From assembly GCA_013265495.1 (NCBI GenBank), contig MU058531.1, positions 1 through 64,000 of the forward strand: 64,000 bases of DNA, in the 5' to 3' direction. Positions 49,335 through 62,605 of the stretch are shown piece after piece. A program made the translations under genes and the position numbers. The notes beneath the pieces were generated by a model. It saw nothing but the letters and a program-made list of their open reading frames with translations. It ran no database searches and was not told the origin of the DNA. Positions within the stretch are counted from its first letter, which is position 1; each line of letters starts with the position of its first letter. Source of the stretch: Vicugna vicugna. Taxonomy: Eukaryota.

Positions 49335-49838
49335 TATTTTTGTTCTACATGTTGAAATATCTATTTTAGACCTATTAGAGAATGAGTTTTAGTACATATC
49401 AATCCTTTGTGCATATAAAAGAAAATAAAATAAATTGGTTAAAATACTTCTAAAAATTTGTACATACACAGTGTGAGTTTTTGAATCACTTTTGACTCAG
49501 AGTTGTTAATGCCCAATGTTGATCCACGGAGCAGAGACAGGCCACCCCCACTCAGCCCTCTCTGATTTCTGGTCACAGAAACTGTGAGCATAATAAAATT
49601 GTTCATTTGTTGCCCTTCAGTTTGGAGTGGTTTGATAGCAGAATGTAACAGGAATGCCCCTCATTCACAAGAGACTTTGACATTCTTGCTAGACCTTCTT
49701 CCTTTTCTGGATCCTTCCATCCACTGGGTCACAGGAATGACCACTGCCACAGTCTGGACTCCCAGGTCCTTGACCTCCTTCCCGACAGTGATGTCCGTAT
49801 CTAAGCCACCGGAGCTGCCCTCTTTCAGCTGACAAAAA
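49335..49838 (+). repeat. Old paralogous copy of the ANTXRL-like upstream region 5411-5926
   Basis: Colinear match over about 500 bp. I counted about 15 mismatches in the last 106 bp by eye. Confidence 0.9.
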
Positions 49839-51659
49839 AATTCAATAGCTTAACGCCACTTCAGGGCAACTGTAATGATCATTTTTTAAAAGGAATTTGA
49901 TCAAAATTGTTTAAAAACTCACCCAGAAAAACAGTTAAGAACTTTTGAAGAGGAAAATCAATGTGTGAAGATTTACCATATCTTAGACTCCGCCAATTAA
50001 AATAACAAATGTAATGGGCCCATAAAATAATGGCCCCAAGTCAAACGAACAGCAGCTGGAAGAGATTGTATAAATGAAACGGGGGCTCACACTGCTAATG
50101 GCGCATGTTTGAGCATCTGTGTGTGCACGAGTGCTTGGCTGTGCTTATATACGTTTAATGATTCCTAACATGGTTTTGTAAAATTTGGCAAGCTCTTGAG
50201 GAAAAATATAAAGGCGATTTCATGAGCTACTGAAAAAATTCCGAACGTTTTTAAAAGTTAACTATTTTATATAGGGCATTTTCAGGCACAAGGAAAGAGA
50301 TAGTATTAACTGTAAAGAAGAAAATTGTATTGTCCAGTAAAAATCTCCAAACCCTATAGCTGTTTTGAGCTGACAGCAACATAGCTCTAAAATTCTTTGA
50401 ACTTCTGAAAGAATGTGGTAATAAAAAGTGAAACTATCAAAAAAAAGTTAACTATTTTCAAAGCATTACTATTAATAACTAGAATAAAATACAAGTAAAT
50501 AAATACACAAGAGCCAACAGATGATGAATGAATGGCCTAGTGTCTTAAATGCTCCAAGCCTTATCTTTCTTATCTCAAAAACAGGAATAAAATAATAAAA
50601 TAATGCAGTTATGAAGAGAGCTAGGTCAGTTTTTGATGAGGCTAAGGGAATATCCATGTGAGCCTGAATAGTGCAAAGGCCAGAAGTCCTGGAGTCCCAC
50701 TGACAGATCCAATGCGGGTGCCTACCAGCTGTGCCATCTGGTGGTAGTTGCCACTCCAGCCTCAGTGTAGACGGGGTTTGGTTCTGGTTCCTCGTTCTGT
50801 CTGGGATGGACATCAGGAGAACAGCAGCATGTCTAAGAATCTCCCATGTTCACTGTTGCCCGTCTCCTCTTCGTGCTTCTCTGGGAGGATGATGAAGATG
50901 GGGACCCACTCTTTGCCTCCTGTTCTGGAGAAGAGCTTATCTGCTGGGTCCTCACCGTGATGTACCCTCCCTCCTCACAGTTGGAAAGGGAACAAACTTA
51001 ACCCCCAACCCGGGAAAGTCACCCATGGCATTATATTTCAACTTGTGGCATCTCAGTCTGTGTTCCTATGGGACTTATTCTTGAGAAATCAAAAAGATGT
51101 GGTGTGTGAAAGCATCTGGCATGGAAAAATGAATGTGGAGCTCTTAGGAATGAAGAAAGGGAAACTTAAAGAAGAAGGAAAGAAGACAAAATATCATCTG
51201 AGGTGGAACATGCCTGGAGTGAGGTGGTAACAGGAGACAAAGCCTTGGCACTGCAGTTGATGGACGCCATGGGGAGACAAGTGGTCAGCAGCTGGCACCA
51301 CCCCTGAACCTCGGTCCCCATAGCTGTCTCCTCTTCCTCCCTCAGTGACTAGCACAGGTGGGCTCCTTTCAGCATCACCACAGACCCTGCAGCTGGGTGG
51401 AAGGAAGTTGAGGATGACAAAGGCCCAACCTTTCCCGGCTCTTGTCCTACCTGTCACCCAACAGAACAGGATGGCTTATCAATTATTACCCCAAAGGCGA
51501 TGCAGCTATAGGAAGGATGCATAAAGTAAGGATGGCCTGTCTGCTTCAGAAGTCATCCTACGTAGGCCCGGTTTATGCTAAAAACATCATGGTCTCCGAC
51601 CTGTGCCTTAAACTATGTGAGGAGTACGAAAGGGAAGACAATCAATGAGGAGGATTTAT

Positions 51660-51865
51660 TCTGGAGGCAATTGGCTTGCATCACGGTCCAGTTTTTTGTT
51701 GGCCTTAACAATGTGAGCTGGCGGTCTGTGTGACAGGCCTCTCCTTAGTCTCCCTGCAGGCCATCCAAGCCAGAAGGCAGCAACTTGACCTCCTCCACCC
51801 CTCAACTGTCCCAACTCCTGGGGGACTGACAGATAATGAAAGAGTGTCAGACCTCAGGCTTCTTG
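51660..51865 (+). repeat. Old paralogous copy of intronic segment 43067-43274
   Basis: Colinear match including the near-identical core agtctccctgcaggccatcca(g/a)gccagaag. Confidence 0.8.
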
Positions 51866-54099
51866 TTAGAGGACCTGCACCAGGAAGACAAGGTCCTGGG
51901 TCACACGGCTTTGAGAACAAGTGGGGCTTATATCCAGGAGAGCTGGAAGGCTGTAGGAAACTGAGATTTCTGAAGAACTAACACACAAACACCCACTCCA
52001 ACTCACAGCACAGAGGCAGCAGTATGAAAATTGCCTATAGGTCATATACAAAGGAGATTCATTGACTAATTTTACGTGGAGTGCCGAAGGGGCAGGAATC
52101 TGTTGGGACACTATCTGAGGGCATAAACTCGTGAAGGTGCCACTTTTTAAATTCTCCCTCTACCTAGCTGGCACAGCACACAAATGAGTGCCGTATCTGA
52201 CGTGCACCATCTACCTTGTTAACGTCATTCACCCCATCCCAGCATTCCCCTGCAGACCTGTCCCAGCTGGTGCCTCCTCAAAGCAGCTCCCATCATGCCA
52301 AACCCAGCAGGTGGGCTCACCTGGGACTGATGCTGCCCCGGAGGGGCTCCCACCTCTCTACACCCAATTTTTGGCCTCACCCAGAGCAGCAGCTCCCCCA
52401 ACTCCCACTCCAGAGGGTTAGACCCACCTACCAGCACACCTGCAACCATTGCAACCAGGAGCCCCGGCCAGCCCGAGCAGAGCCAGTCTCATCCACCGTG
52501 GTGCCCTCAGCAGCTGCAGCAAAGTCTGGCAGAAAGCCATGCCAGGGGCAAGCCACACTCACCAGTATGTCAACAATTAATAAAAGCTTGCTTTGAATAG
52601 AATTTTTAATATACTATAAATATTTATTAATGATAAGATATAATAGCAATCTATGAACACATTGAAAGTCCACAAAATAGCTCTACAGACATAGACGTAG
52701 ATAAGTGTATATACTTTTGCAGTGAAATGATTCATATACATGCCTTAAGCTTTCAAAATGTCTGGCCTTGTACTTTCAGAATAAGAGAGTGTCTACGGAG
52801 CCAAAACAAAACGTCAGCTTTTTTCCTTTATATTTTCACTTCACTTTCACCTCTAAGTGGGGGGGATGGAGGGGACATGTTTCTGGTTCTAAATAAATTA
52901 CATGACCCTGGGGAGAAAATTTTTTAGCAATTACATAGTAAGAGGGGAGACAATATGTTTATTTTAATGATTTTTAATTTAATATGGTACATGTTTTCAG
53001 AGTAATTTCCAGGATCTACTGGAAATTAATAGAGCTTTGTAAAAATACCGAAATACCCAGGTGAATAAGTGATTTGCAGTCATATGGGAATTTTGACATT
53101 TCAGAGCCTGAAGAGTTTAGAACAACAATTCCTCTCTTCTCAATTCATAAGAAGCACTACTTTTTTTTTTTAAAAGAAGTGAAATTTGGGGGAAATGGAA
53201 AGACATCTTTCAAGATACTGATAGAGCCTTGGATTCTGCCAACCCAGAGATGGGACTGGGGATGAAACACAGAGCCAGGCTCATGAGAGGTGATTAACAA
53301 ATTCTTGTTGAATTTAGTAGCTTAACTTCTGCCATGGAGCCCTTGATGAACATGCTGTCTGCTAGAAGGATGAAGGTTTTGGTCAAAGGTTTGTGCTGTT
53401 GTTGGAGAAAATTTGAAGGATCCCTAGGTGTAGCGAGACTTCATGATGGCTGTGTTCTATAGCCTAAAATAATTATATCACAGTGCTGCCTCTGCCAGTT
53501 AGTATAAAGGTCTTCAGGGAAGAAAAGGGATCTTTAAGTTTCTGCGCAAATTGTCCTTAAAGTCTCCAGTGTGTTTAGAGAGCACTGCAAAAACGCGAAG
53601 TGTTCGTTCAGTAATCAGAGGTGACAGCAACAGTAAGTGCAGGCTGACTTCATGGAGGTGTCTTTTGTCACTTCCACACTTGGAGAGGGGACAGTGGCTC
53701 ACCTGAGACGAACCTCGGACAGTCTTAAGCAGAGTAACTGCCCAGCGAAGACGTTCCTTCCACCCTGCAAACTGAACTCAGAACGCCAAAGGAAGTATTA
53801 GAAAAATGTGGGAGTGGAACAGAAACCGAAAACCAGGCTACAAAACTGTACAGTTTGTGTCTGTTGTTTTGAGGGGTGCTGGTCATTAGGTAGTGGCCAC
53901 GGCTGATGGACGTCTATGTGGTGTCGTCGTGTTGAACACAGAGACAGCAGTCAGGCTTACTTCATCAGTAGCTGATCATCAAACAGTGCTGTTTCCTGCA
54001 TTGGGTGTCACCTGCTGGAGACTGAAGAAGGTTTGTTTCCAGTGTGGATATGATTTTTTAAATACAATTTTTAACGTTGGTAGTAACATAACCTCTAAG

Positions 54100-54285
54100 A
54101 CAGTGATTCTCAAATTTTAGGTTTTTAAGGATTATTTAAGAAGATTTTTTTTTAATGCATTCTGGGACTCCACTCCCAGAGATTCAGATTCAAGTGTGAG
54201 GAGAAGGCCTCAAACAGGCATTTTAAGCAAACTCTCCAGGTTATTCTGGGGCATATTGGCCTCCACCACACTTTGATACTCTGTA
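54100..54285. mobile_element. MER5-like hAT-Charlie relic
   Basis: cagtgattctcaaa...ccactcccagagattcagattca...cattttaagcaaactctccaggttattct...cacactttga. Confidence 0.65.
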
Positions 54286-54776
54286 TTCTGACATCTCCTT
54301 CTATAAATGTCATCTGACATCTGAGATGTTACAATTACTTAAGCTTTTGTGCTGGGCTGAGTTATTGAGAACACAGGATTCTATTTTAAAAAAGAAAACT
54401 GTCTTTGACCTACATCATTTCTAGAGACCAAAAAAAATTGAACAGGACTGAAAATAACTCAATCAAGATTTCCTTTCCAACTATCTTTAACGATGGTGAC
54501 GGATTTAGAAGACAAACTCTTCTTAATATAAATAATAATCGAGACAAAGTGATAGCTCATTTAAAAATTAATTAGTTATTGAAAAGAGGTCTATTTGATG
54601 AAACTAAAAATTACATTACCACTAAAAATTTAAAATCTAATAAAAATACTAAAAGCCAAATACCAACATTTCTATATACCTCTTTTGCAAAATTTAGTAA
54701 TTGAAAGATTAGTTTAAAAAAATCACATCAAGATGAACTGTTTTATGAGAAATATAAATTTTTAAAAGTAACATCA

Positions 54777-55176
54777 TTTAGGTCATTTTTTTGAGACTCC
54801 ACATAAAAGTGATAACATATGATATTTGTCTTTGTCTGACTTCCTTCACTTAGTATGATCATCTCTAGGTCCGTCCGTGTTGCTGTAGAAGTTACTTACA
54901 AAACAGAAACAGATTCACAGACACAGAAAATAAATCTATGGTTGCCAGAGGGGAAACAGAAAGAGAGAGAAGTCAGGAGTTTGAGATAAGTAGCTACAAA
55001 CTACTGTATACAAAATAGATAAGCAACTAGGTTCTACTGCATAGCACAGGGAACTATATTCAATAACTTGCAATAACCTATTATGAAAAAGAATATATAT
55101 ATTTATGTATAACTAAATCACTATGTTGTATACTAGAAACTAACACAGCATTGTAAATCAACTATACTTCAGAAAA
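54777..55176 (+). mobile_element. Short L1 3' end with a 5' inversion (twin priming) and 13-bp TSD
   Basis: About 54777-54887 is antisense and about 54888-55176 is sense; the two parts are adjacent in the L1 3' end. TSD aaaagtaacatca at 54764-54776 and 55177-55189. Confidence 0.85.
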
Positions 55177-58089
55177 AAAAGTAACATCAGAGCTAAGAAA
55201 TGTAAGTTATTGACTAAAACAGCAATTATTTCAAATCATATTAGAGAAAATTGGTGTAGAAATCAATCATTGTTTCATTTTGCAAAAAAAGAATTTTGGC
55301 CTGGCTCTTCACAATGACAAGTCAGTATTTTGTTGACTCAAGTATTTCTTCCTGGACAAGATGAGATACATATTATTTAACCACATCAAAGTTTAGTCAA
55401 TAAGCTTTTGTTTGCTGTTTGTTTTCTATGCACTCTACTACATACAAGTCTGGTATCAATGTTTGTGCAGAGTGTGGTGGAGGTAATGATGAAAGAGAAG
55501 AAGAGAGAAGGCCAAGTAGGGGTGTTGACATTAACTGAATAACAAAGAAGGAAGGCCCTTAAGCGAGGACCTCAGACCAGCCAATGTGAAATTTTGAGTC
55601 TAAGCATGAAGAAATCTCATTGAGATGAATGACAGGAGTGCTAGTTACACTGTCAGACATGGCGTCTGTATACAACCCCTTATGGAAAATGGAAGCAAAA
55701 ATCTGGGCCATGGGGACTCAGAGATGCCTTGATTTTTTTCCAGACGGCCATCTCAGGATTCTTGATGACTGGTACATGATCATGTTCCTCTCCAAGCCTC
55801 AATCTTTTCTGTAAAATGAAGACAGGAACCCTACCTTGTTCATTTTCTGGGTACCTTAAAGGAGGTCATGTACTGGAAGAATCAAGCCCATGAAAGGCTT
55901 AATCCCTCATAGCTGTCATTGTAATGAACTCTTTTCTGTGTAAACATCGTTTATTCCCATGTGATAACTTTGTGAAGGGCAGGCTCAGAGCCCGATTCTT
56001 AGAATCACAGAAGCTCAGTTTTGAAAGGACAGTAAAGGTCTCTCTATCCCAAGTCCTCCCTCTTCATCTAGTGCCAGGTCAGAACTGTGAGAGTTCAAAG
56101 CAGGATAATAATTTGGCACCTTCCTAACTGATATTCCCTCAACAGTTGTTCAACATTTCTTTAGGAATTTAAAAATTAGAATAAAAGCAAAAAGAATAAT
56201 TTCTACTTCTCATACTTGGTAACCTTGCTTTGGGCAAAGCTTTTAGCATAGTTTTGCAACTTACCACTTGAATGCTCAAAATCAACTTCTTCTGAATTGA
56301 AATGTAAGACTCCACTATTGCTTCCAAATTCTCTTTTGCAGCAGTGGATTGATGAGTGGATGCTGACATTAAAACGTGAGCAGTAATTATTCAATAATTA
56401 ACATTATATAATGAGTTAATGAATCTCTACATCTTAAAGTTGGCATGCCAGTATATTTGGGATTCACTTGGCATCCAAAAACTAGGCAGAGTTTGGCGTT
56501 TTCTCGCTAAAACAAATCTTAATGTCATATACCCTTTTAAAAAGGTTCATTTCTTATACCCAAGGGAGGTTATGTCTTGGTAATATCTTTCTTGATCGCC
56601 GCTAAAACAAATTATGCCACAGATGAAATGGTCCCTAAGGTCCTCTGAGAGCAAGCATTATAGCAGACAGGGACCCTTACAGCTTGATTTTGCCGAGGCA
56701 GTCATCATGGTTAATTAATGACCACAGCCATGACTGCCACGGACAGCTGAGGTCAGGCATGGAGTGTAGAAACACAGGCTAAGGAGTGGGGAGAATTGCA
56801 TAGTTAACTAAATGTTCAGGGCACAATCAACAAAACTCAGTTGTTCTCTGACAACCAAGCCATTTTCTCTGCAGTTGCTAAAAGTTGTGTGGGTCGGATC
56901 TACAGAGAATCGCCTCCCTTCTCCATTTCATTTTGCCTGTCTAAACATTGCATAAATAACTCCTTGATAAATTCAGTGTTGATGTTGGCGCATGAACAGA
57001 CTGACAAGAGTGACTGCTTGTTTCAGAATTTATAAATCCAGTAGAAATAGTAATCAAACCCCAGCGGAGAATGCTTAAAAATAATCCTGTTTAACATTCA
57101 CCATCCCATTTCACTTGTCTAATTTCAGCCCACACACTTGTGGAGCTTCATACAAAAACATTCTTGGCCTATATTTAAATAACGTGGCATTTGACAAACT
57201 GTTTAACTGCTGAATTTAAAAATATACTCTGCGTAAATTATGGTTTTAATATAAACTCCAGATCTATCACTTGCTGGATTAAGTTGGGGCTGATCTCCTC
57301 CCCAATACACCCTATATACACACACACACACACAAAACATAAGGCTAGAAACATAGTCTGAGAACATACCACGAAAAAATTTAATATGTAAAGGTAAACA
57401 AACTTGAGTAGTTAATGGAAAACAAGTAATTTAAAATATAAGTTTTCTTTCAGATTACAATGTAAGTATCTCTTAAAGATACACAAGAAGACGTAGACCA
57501 CCTGCCTCACTTACGGAACGTGCTAAAATAGACATAATTCATTAACCGTGTCATGGCAGCCAAATGGCGTGAATTCTTTAGATGCCGAACCTGGTTAAAA
57601 TAGCAATGGCAAATTTCACGAACAGAGTGATGGAGAGGAGAAGAGAGAAGAAAAAGTCTAACATAAAAAAAAAGTCCAATGCTTTCTAGTTGCTTTAAAA
57701 CCTAAGGGAAATTTTTAAACACGTCTTCGTAAGCTATAACTGCAAAAATTTAAAAGGAAACCCATTTGTTTAAAAAACTAAAACTGAGACAAATGGGGCT
57801 GAGGCTGCTGACATTTATTTTTGCTGGTGTTTATTATCTATCCTTGTAACCACATCAGCTTTGGGATACACAGATTTGACTAAGTGCGCCTGGGTGTTAT
57901 GTCTAGAAATGGGATAATTCAAGGAATGCACAGGGAAAAGAAGGTGGAAAAGCAAACACAAGAGTAGAATATTTTACAAAACTGAAAAATGTCACCAGCT
58001 AGGTTAAAATAAAGAACATCCAATTAACATACATAATTTCACTTTTGTGCTATATAGTTCAAGGAGTTTTTCAACTTTCAACTTTGATT

Positions 58090-59820
58090 TGTGTTTGAAA
58101 AACAGCTTTATGGAAACATAATTCACATACCATTTAATTAATTCGTTTAAAATGTATAATTCAATGATTTCTAATTGAGTTGTACAACCACCGCCTCAAT
58201 CAATTTTAGAATATTTTCAACACTAAAAACAAAACCTCATAACTTTTAGCAGTAACTTCTCATTTCTCCCGGAGCTTCAGCCCTAGGGAACCACTAATTG
58301 ACTATTTACTTCCCTGAATTTGCCTATTCTGGACATTTTATGTAAATGGTCTTTTGTGACTCTCTTTCACCTAACATGGTATTTTCAAGGTTCATCCAAG
58401 TAATAAGTATCATGGCTGACTATATCTCTTCAGGCTGTTTTTTTCCTTGCCTTTTAGTCTTCTATTGAGAAACAGGATAAAAGGCCTCTAGTATGAGGTT
58501 TATGGTCATCTGGCTAGAGATGGGCTGTGTTTAATGTTTCTTGTTCTGATGTCCTTTTCTTTTTTGGTGGTGGGGGTAGGTAATTAGGCTTATTTATTTT
58601 TGGAGGAGGCACTGGGGATCAGAACTCAGGACCTCCTGTATGCTAAGCATGTGCTCTACCACTTGAGCTATGCCCTTCCCCTGCTCCTCTGTCCTTGCTT
58701 TTGACTCCTCTATTGACTTTGGGTTTCCCTAATCACTTCTAATTGCATAGAGTCTGCAATCCATTGCATCTGTTATACTATAGACCCCTATTGCAGTGGT
58801 GCAAGATGTGAGGAGAGGAAGCATCCGTAATCTTATGATTAAATCTGTCTTTAAGTGGACCTGTGTTCCAGGGCTGTGATTTTCACAAGCATTTCCTAGC
58901 ATTCCCATTCCCCGTTCCCCTCCCCAGCTGCACCCCGTCCCCCGTCCTGCCTTAGATGAACTAGGAAGGCGAGAGGAGGCTAAAGCTGGGTAATTGCTGT
59001 TCCCCCCGGAGATGAGATTAAATCCCTGATAAACTCTTGTCTCCTGGGAAGCAGCCCTTTAATATGCTGCATGTATTTCAAAATGGTTACTTTCCTTTTC
59101 ACTCTGCTGGAGATACAAGGGATTTTTCTTGGCTCGTCACCGTGAGAACCTGGTGGGGCTCCTGGAAATACAACCCATGAAACTATGGAGACCCCTGCTA
59201 AAGCTGTAGCCCCCAAAACATTTCTCACTCTTATATTAGTCCACACTCAGCCTCCACCAAGTTGTCAAAAATGACCATTTACGTAAATTGATTTCAGCTG
59301 TGATTTTCTTTATCTTCCTGTCTCTTCAGGTTTCGAAGTGGTGGTTTGCCCTCTGACCTCAATTATCTGATGGGTCCAAGAAAAGTTTTTGATTTTTCAA
59401 TTTGTTCAGCTTTTTTCTTGCGAGGATGGGAGCAATGAATCCCAAGCTTTATACATGTTGGAGCTGAAACTTGAAAGTCAAAAAATTTCTAAAAGCTTTC
59501 AGGAAAGGGAGGTGGGGTGGGGGATGGTCACATACAAAGATCGGGAGCCAGAAGGGCATCAGGTTTTCTCACAACCGTAGTGGATGCTTGGCAGTAATAG
59601 GGCTATGCCTTCAACATTCTGAAGAAAAATAATATCTAACCTAAAATTCTGTACCTTGCCTAACGATCAGTCCGGTGTAAGGGTGGAATAAAAATGTTTT
59701 TAGAAAGTTTTAGACATGCAGGCACTTAAAAAAAAAGTTACCCTCATCACCCTACCCTTTCCTGGGAAGCTGCTATGCTCAAAATGGTGAAATAAAACAA
59801 GAAAGAAAAAACATGGGTAC
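58090..59820. mobile_element. Mosaic of ancient L1 fragments
   Basis: Antisense 3' end (aacagctttatggaaacataattcacatacc...tttgcctattctggacatttt), antisense 5'-like region, then a sense ORF1-like piece (atgccttcaacattctgaagaaaaat...ctaaaattctgtacc). Confidence 0.6.
58562..58681 (-). mobile_element. tRNA-derived SINE (vic-1-like)
   Basis: Reverse-complement match to 13407-13541 (ggtaattagg...ctggggatcagaactcaggacctc...tgagctat). Confidence 0.85.
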
Positions 59821-59846
59821 TGCTACTTTTCATAGTCTTGTGGAAC

Positions 59847-60505
59847 TGTTAGAGCAGGCGGACAGCTAGATATGAGCAGAGAAAGGAGGACACAGACCAA
59901 ATGGCAGGAATTGGGCAGAAAGGAGGGGCACAGGCCAAATGCAGGAAACCACACGTCATGTAAGCAGCAGGGGTCCCTGGGCAGAGAAAGAAAAGCAGGA
60001 ACCTTGGGGCTGATAAGGGATCATGTCTTTTGGGATGACAAGTGGCCTGGAGAAGAACAAAGAAAGGTGAGAAAAGGCCAGAATTTCTAGTGTCCGAATG
60101 TAACCTTTTGCTCATTATGCTCTCATTTCAATAAAATTAGCCTTGCAGATCAGAAGTACCCATCATGCACCGACGCCATGACACTTCCGATCCAGACTAA
60201 ATAAGGACAAAAATCCCTCCTCCGTTTGGGAAGGTGGAGTTGGGATGATTATCAGGGAATATGACCCCAAACCCTTCCCTCCCCAGTGAATATTCTGCCC
60301 GTTCATTTTTACACCCTATGTAACTAATTTGCCAAAGAAACTCAGGGCAGCCGCTCATCTGAGCCTGCCCTCTCTCCCCTGAGAGTGTACTAGCCATCCT
60401 TTAATAAATCCTCACTTCACCTTTTTTTAACCTCTAAGTCTTGTCTCTGAGTTCTTCCTGGGGCGGGACAAGAACCTGGAACACCGGTTGCGTCCATCGG
60501 CAACA
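59847..60505 (+). mobile_element. ERV1 solo LTR (MER50-like 5' end)
   Basis: tgttagagcagg...ggcaaca termini, AATAAA at 60403, flanks gaac/aaac (4-bp TSD with one mismatch). Confidence 0.8.
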
Positions 60506-61259
60506 AAACTATCTGACTTCTTAGGTTACGTGCATGTAAAGCTTGTTGAAATAAAAAAAAAAAAATTAAAAAAAATGAATTCTCACTGGGGACTGGTTGA
60601 GAATTGTTTGGTGACAGTAACTGAAATTACTTCAATTAATTCTAGTTTGGAATGTGAGTGAGTTATATAAAGAGGCAAAGAATTTTAGTAAAAATTTGCT
60701 TTTATATTTGTATTACATGTGATGAATACTTGTAAGCTAGCCTTTTAAAAAAAAAAGGCTCTCCACAAATAGTGGCATTATCAATATACAGCTTTTGGAG
60801 AATGAAACAAGCAATTGAGTCCATTATGGGAGCAGGTGCTATGATTTGGTTAAAAAGAATCCAGTGTCAATATCACTCACAGATTTAAAAGTGCTGTGTG
60901 TCAAACTTGAAGTGCTCTAGAAGCTACTAAATGACTCTGGTCAGGACAAAGGTACTGGTAATGAAAATTCAAATAATATTGTTTCAGCAAATGAGTGACT
61001 AGGAAAAAAAGATGCATTACTAAATTAATATATCATTTCATGCAACATATGGTTTTAAATACATATGTAAACTAAACACTCTAAGTTAAAAAAATGGATT
61101 AGTTATCAAACTGCTTCACCCCAAATCTTTCGTTTTCATTAAGGAGGTGGTAATGAACGAAAGCAAGATGAACTTGACTGTCACTCCTCAGAAGCTGAGG
61201 CCATAACTTAATTCATATTTGTATTTCATGCCCATCTGACCAAGGAAGTCTTTTTCTTT

Positions 61260-62605
61260 CCTATCGCATCACTGTGTTTCTTTCTCTCATAGAAGTTATT
61301 ACTATCGGATTATTTTCTTGTTTATTGATTGGTCTATGTCCTTAAAGTCAATTTCCCTCACCAGAATGTAAGCTCAGTGAAAGCAGGGATCTTGCTGTCT
61401 TATTCACAAGTGAACGTGTACTAAATGTTACCCAGCCTCCCAGATCATAGGCATCTGGTCAAAGTTTAAAAGATGAAGGGTGAATGAGTGAGCACCTGGT
61501 AGACCCAGAAGAAAATGTGCATTCATTAAATCTTCTTCAACAAATTTGGGAGGATCATCTTCTAATCACCGGGAGGAAAAGTGCCTTGTCTCTAAACAGT
61601 TCTCACCAGTAATGGAGTTTATGGTGATCGCTGGTGTTGAAACCTTCCTACTCACTAAACACTTTGAAGCCAGATCAACTCTAGTTTCATTTTACTGGAA
61701 ACTCTCTGATGACCCCACACCGACTGCAAAAAAGACCATCTTTATCATGGAATACGAGTCCTTCCATAATCGACCTTTTTTTCTCCTCACCCTGTATCTG
61801 GTTTCTCTCACTGACCACACTCCCGCTGAAGCAAACAGAATCCAGTTTCCTGAAAAGGCCAAGCTGTTTCTTCTCTCAATCTGCTCTCTCTGCTTGGGAA
61901 GCCCTCCCCTCCTGCTCCGCTCGGTGGTCTCTACTTGTTGGTTAAGACTCGATGAAAACTAGGGGCAAGGATGTAGCACAGTAGTTGAGTGCATGCTTAG
62001 TATGCACGGGGTCCCTGGGTTCAATCCCCAGTACCCCCATTAAAAGAAAAAAAATATATATATATATAAACCTACCCCCCTCCCTACCAAGACTCTATGA
62101 AAACTTTCCTTACTCTCCTCCAGGAGAAGGGACCACTCCTCCTTCAAGTGCCGCTTTCCACCCTCACCTGTGGACTTCGGATAGGACCTGGCTCGTGGCT
62201 ACTCCTAAAACTGCATTCCCGCCACTCTCCATTGTTTGCTCTAAGCACAGCAGCCTCCTTACAGCTCCTCAAAACCTCCCGTCACATTTTTCAGGAGTGA
62301 AAAAAATTTCCCCCGGGTATTATACACGGTGTGTTCTCAAACTTCATTCAACTCTGCTCCAACCTCACCTCCTAAGAGAGGTTGTCCTTGCGCACTCTAA
62401 CACAAAAAGTGTCTCCCCTTCTCATTTTCTAAATAGAATGACCTCCCTCTCTAGCCCTCCTACCTCACTTTTTCTCTTTGTAGTACTGACCTAACATTAT
62501 ATTATGTAATTAGTAATGTGTCTGTCTTTCCTTCTAAAATATAAGCTCTGTGAGGATGGTCCTTTGTTTTGCTCACTGCTGTAAGTATTTGTGAATGAAT
62601 GAATG
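61260..62605 (+). mobile_element. L2 LINE fragments
   Basis: Two L2 3'-end motifs: agaatgtaagctcagtgaaagcagggatcttgctgtcttattcac and ataagctctgtgagga...tatttgtgaatgaatgaatga. Confidence 0.6.
61962..62088 (+). mobile_element. tRNA-derived SINE (vic-1-like) with 17-bp TSD
   Basis: B-box ggttcaatccccagtacc. TSD aagactcgatgaaaact (61944-61960) / aagactctatgaaaact (62089-62105). Confidence 0.88.
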
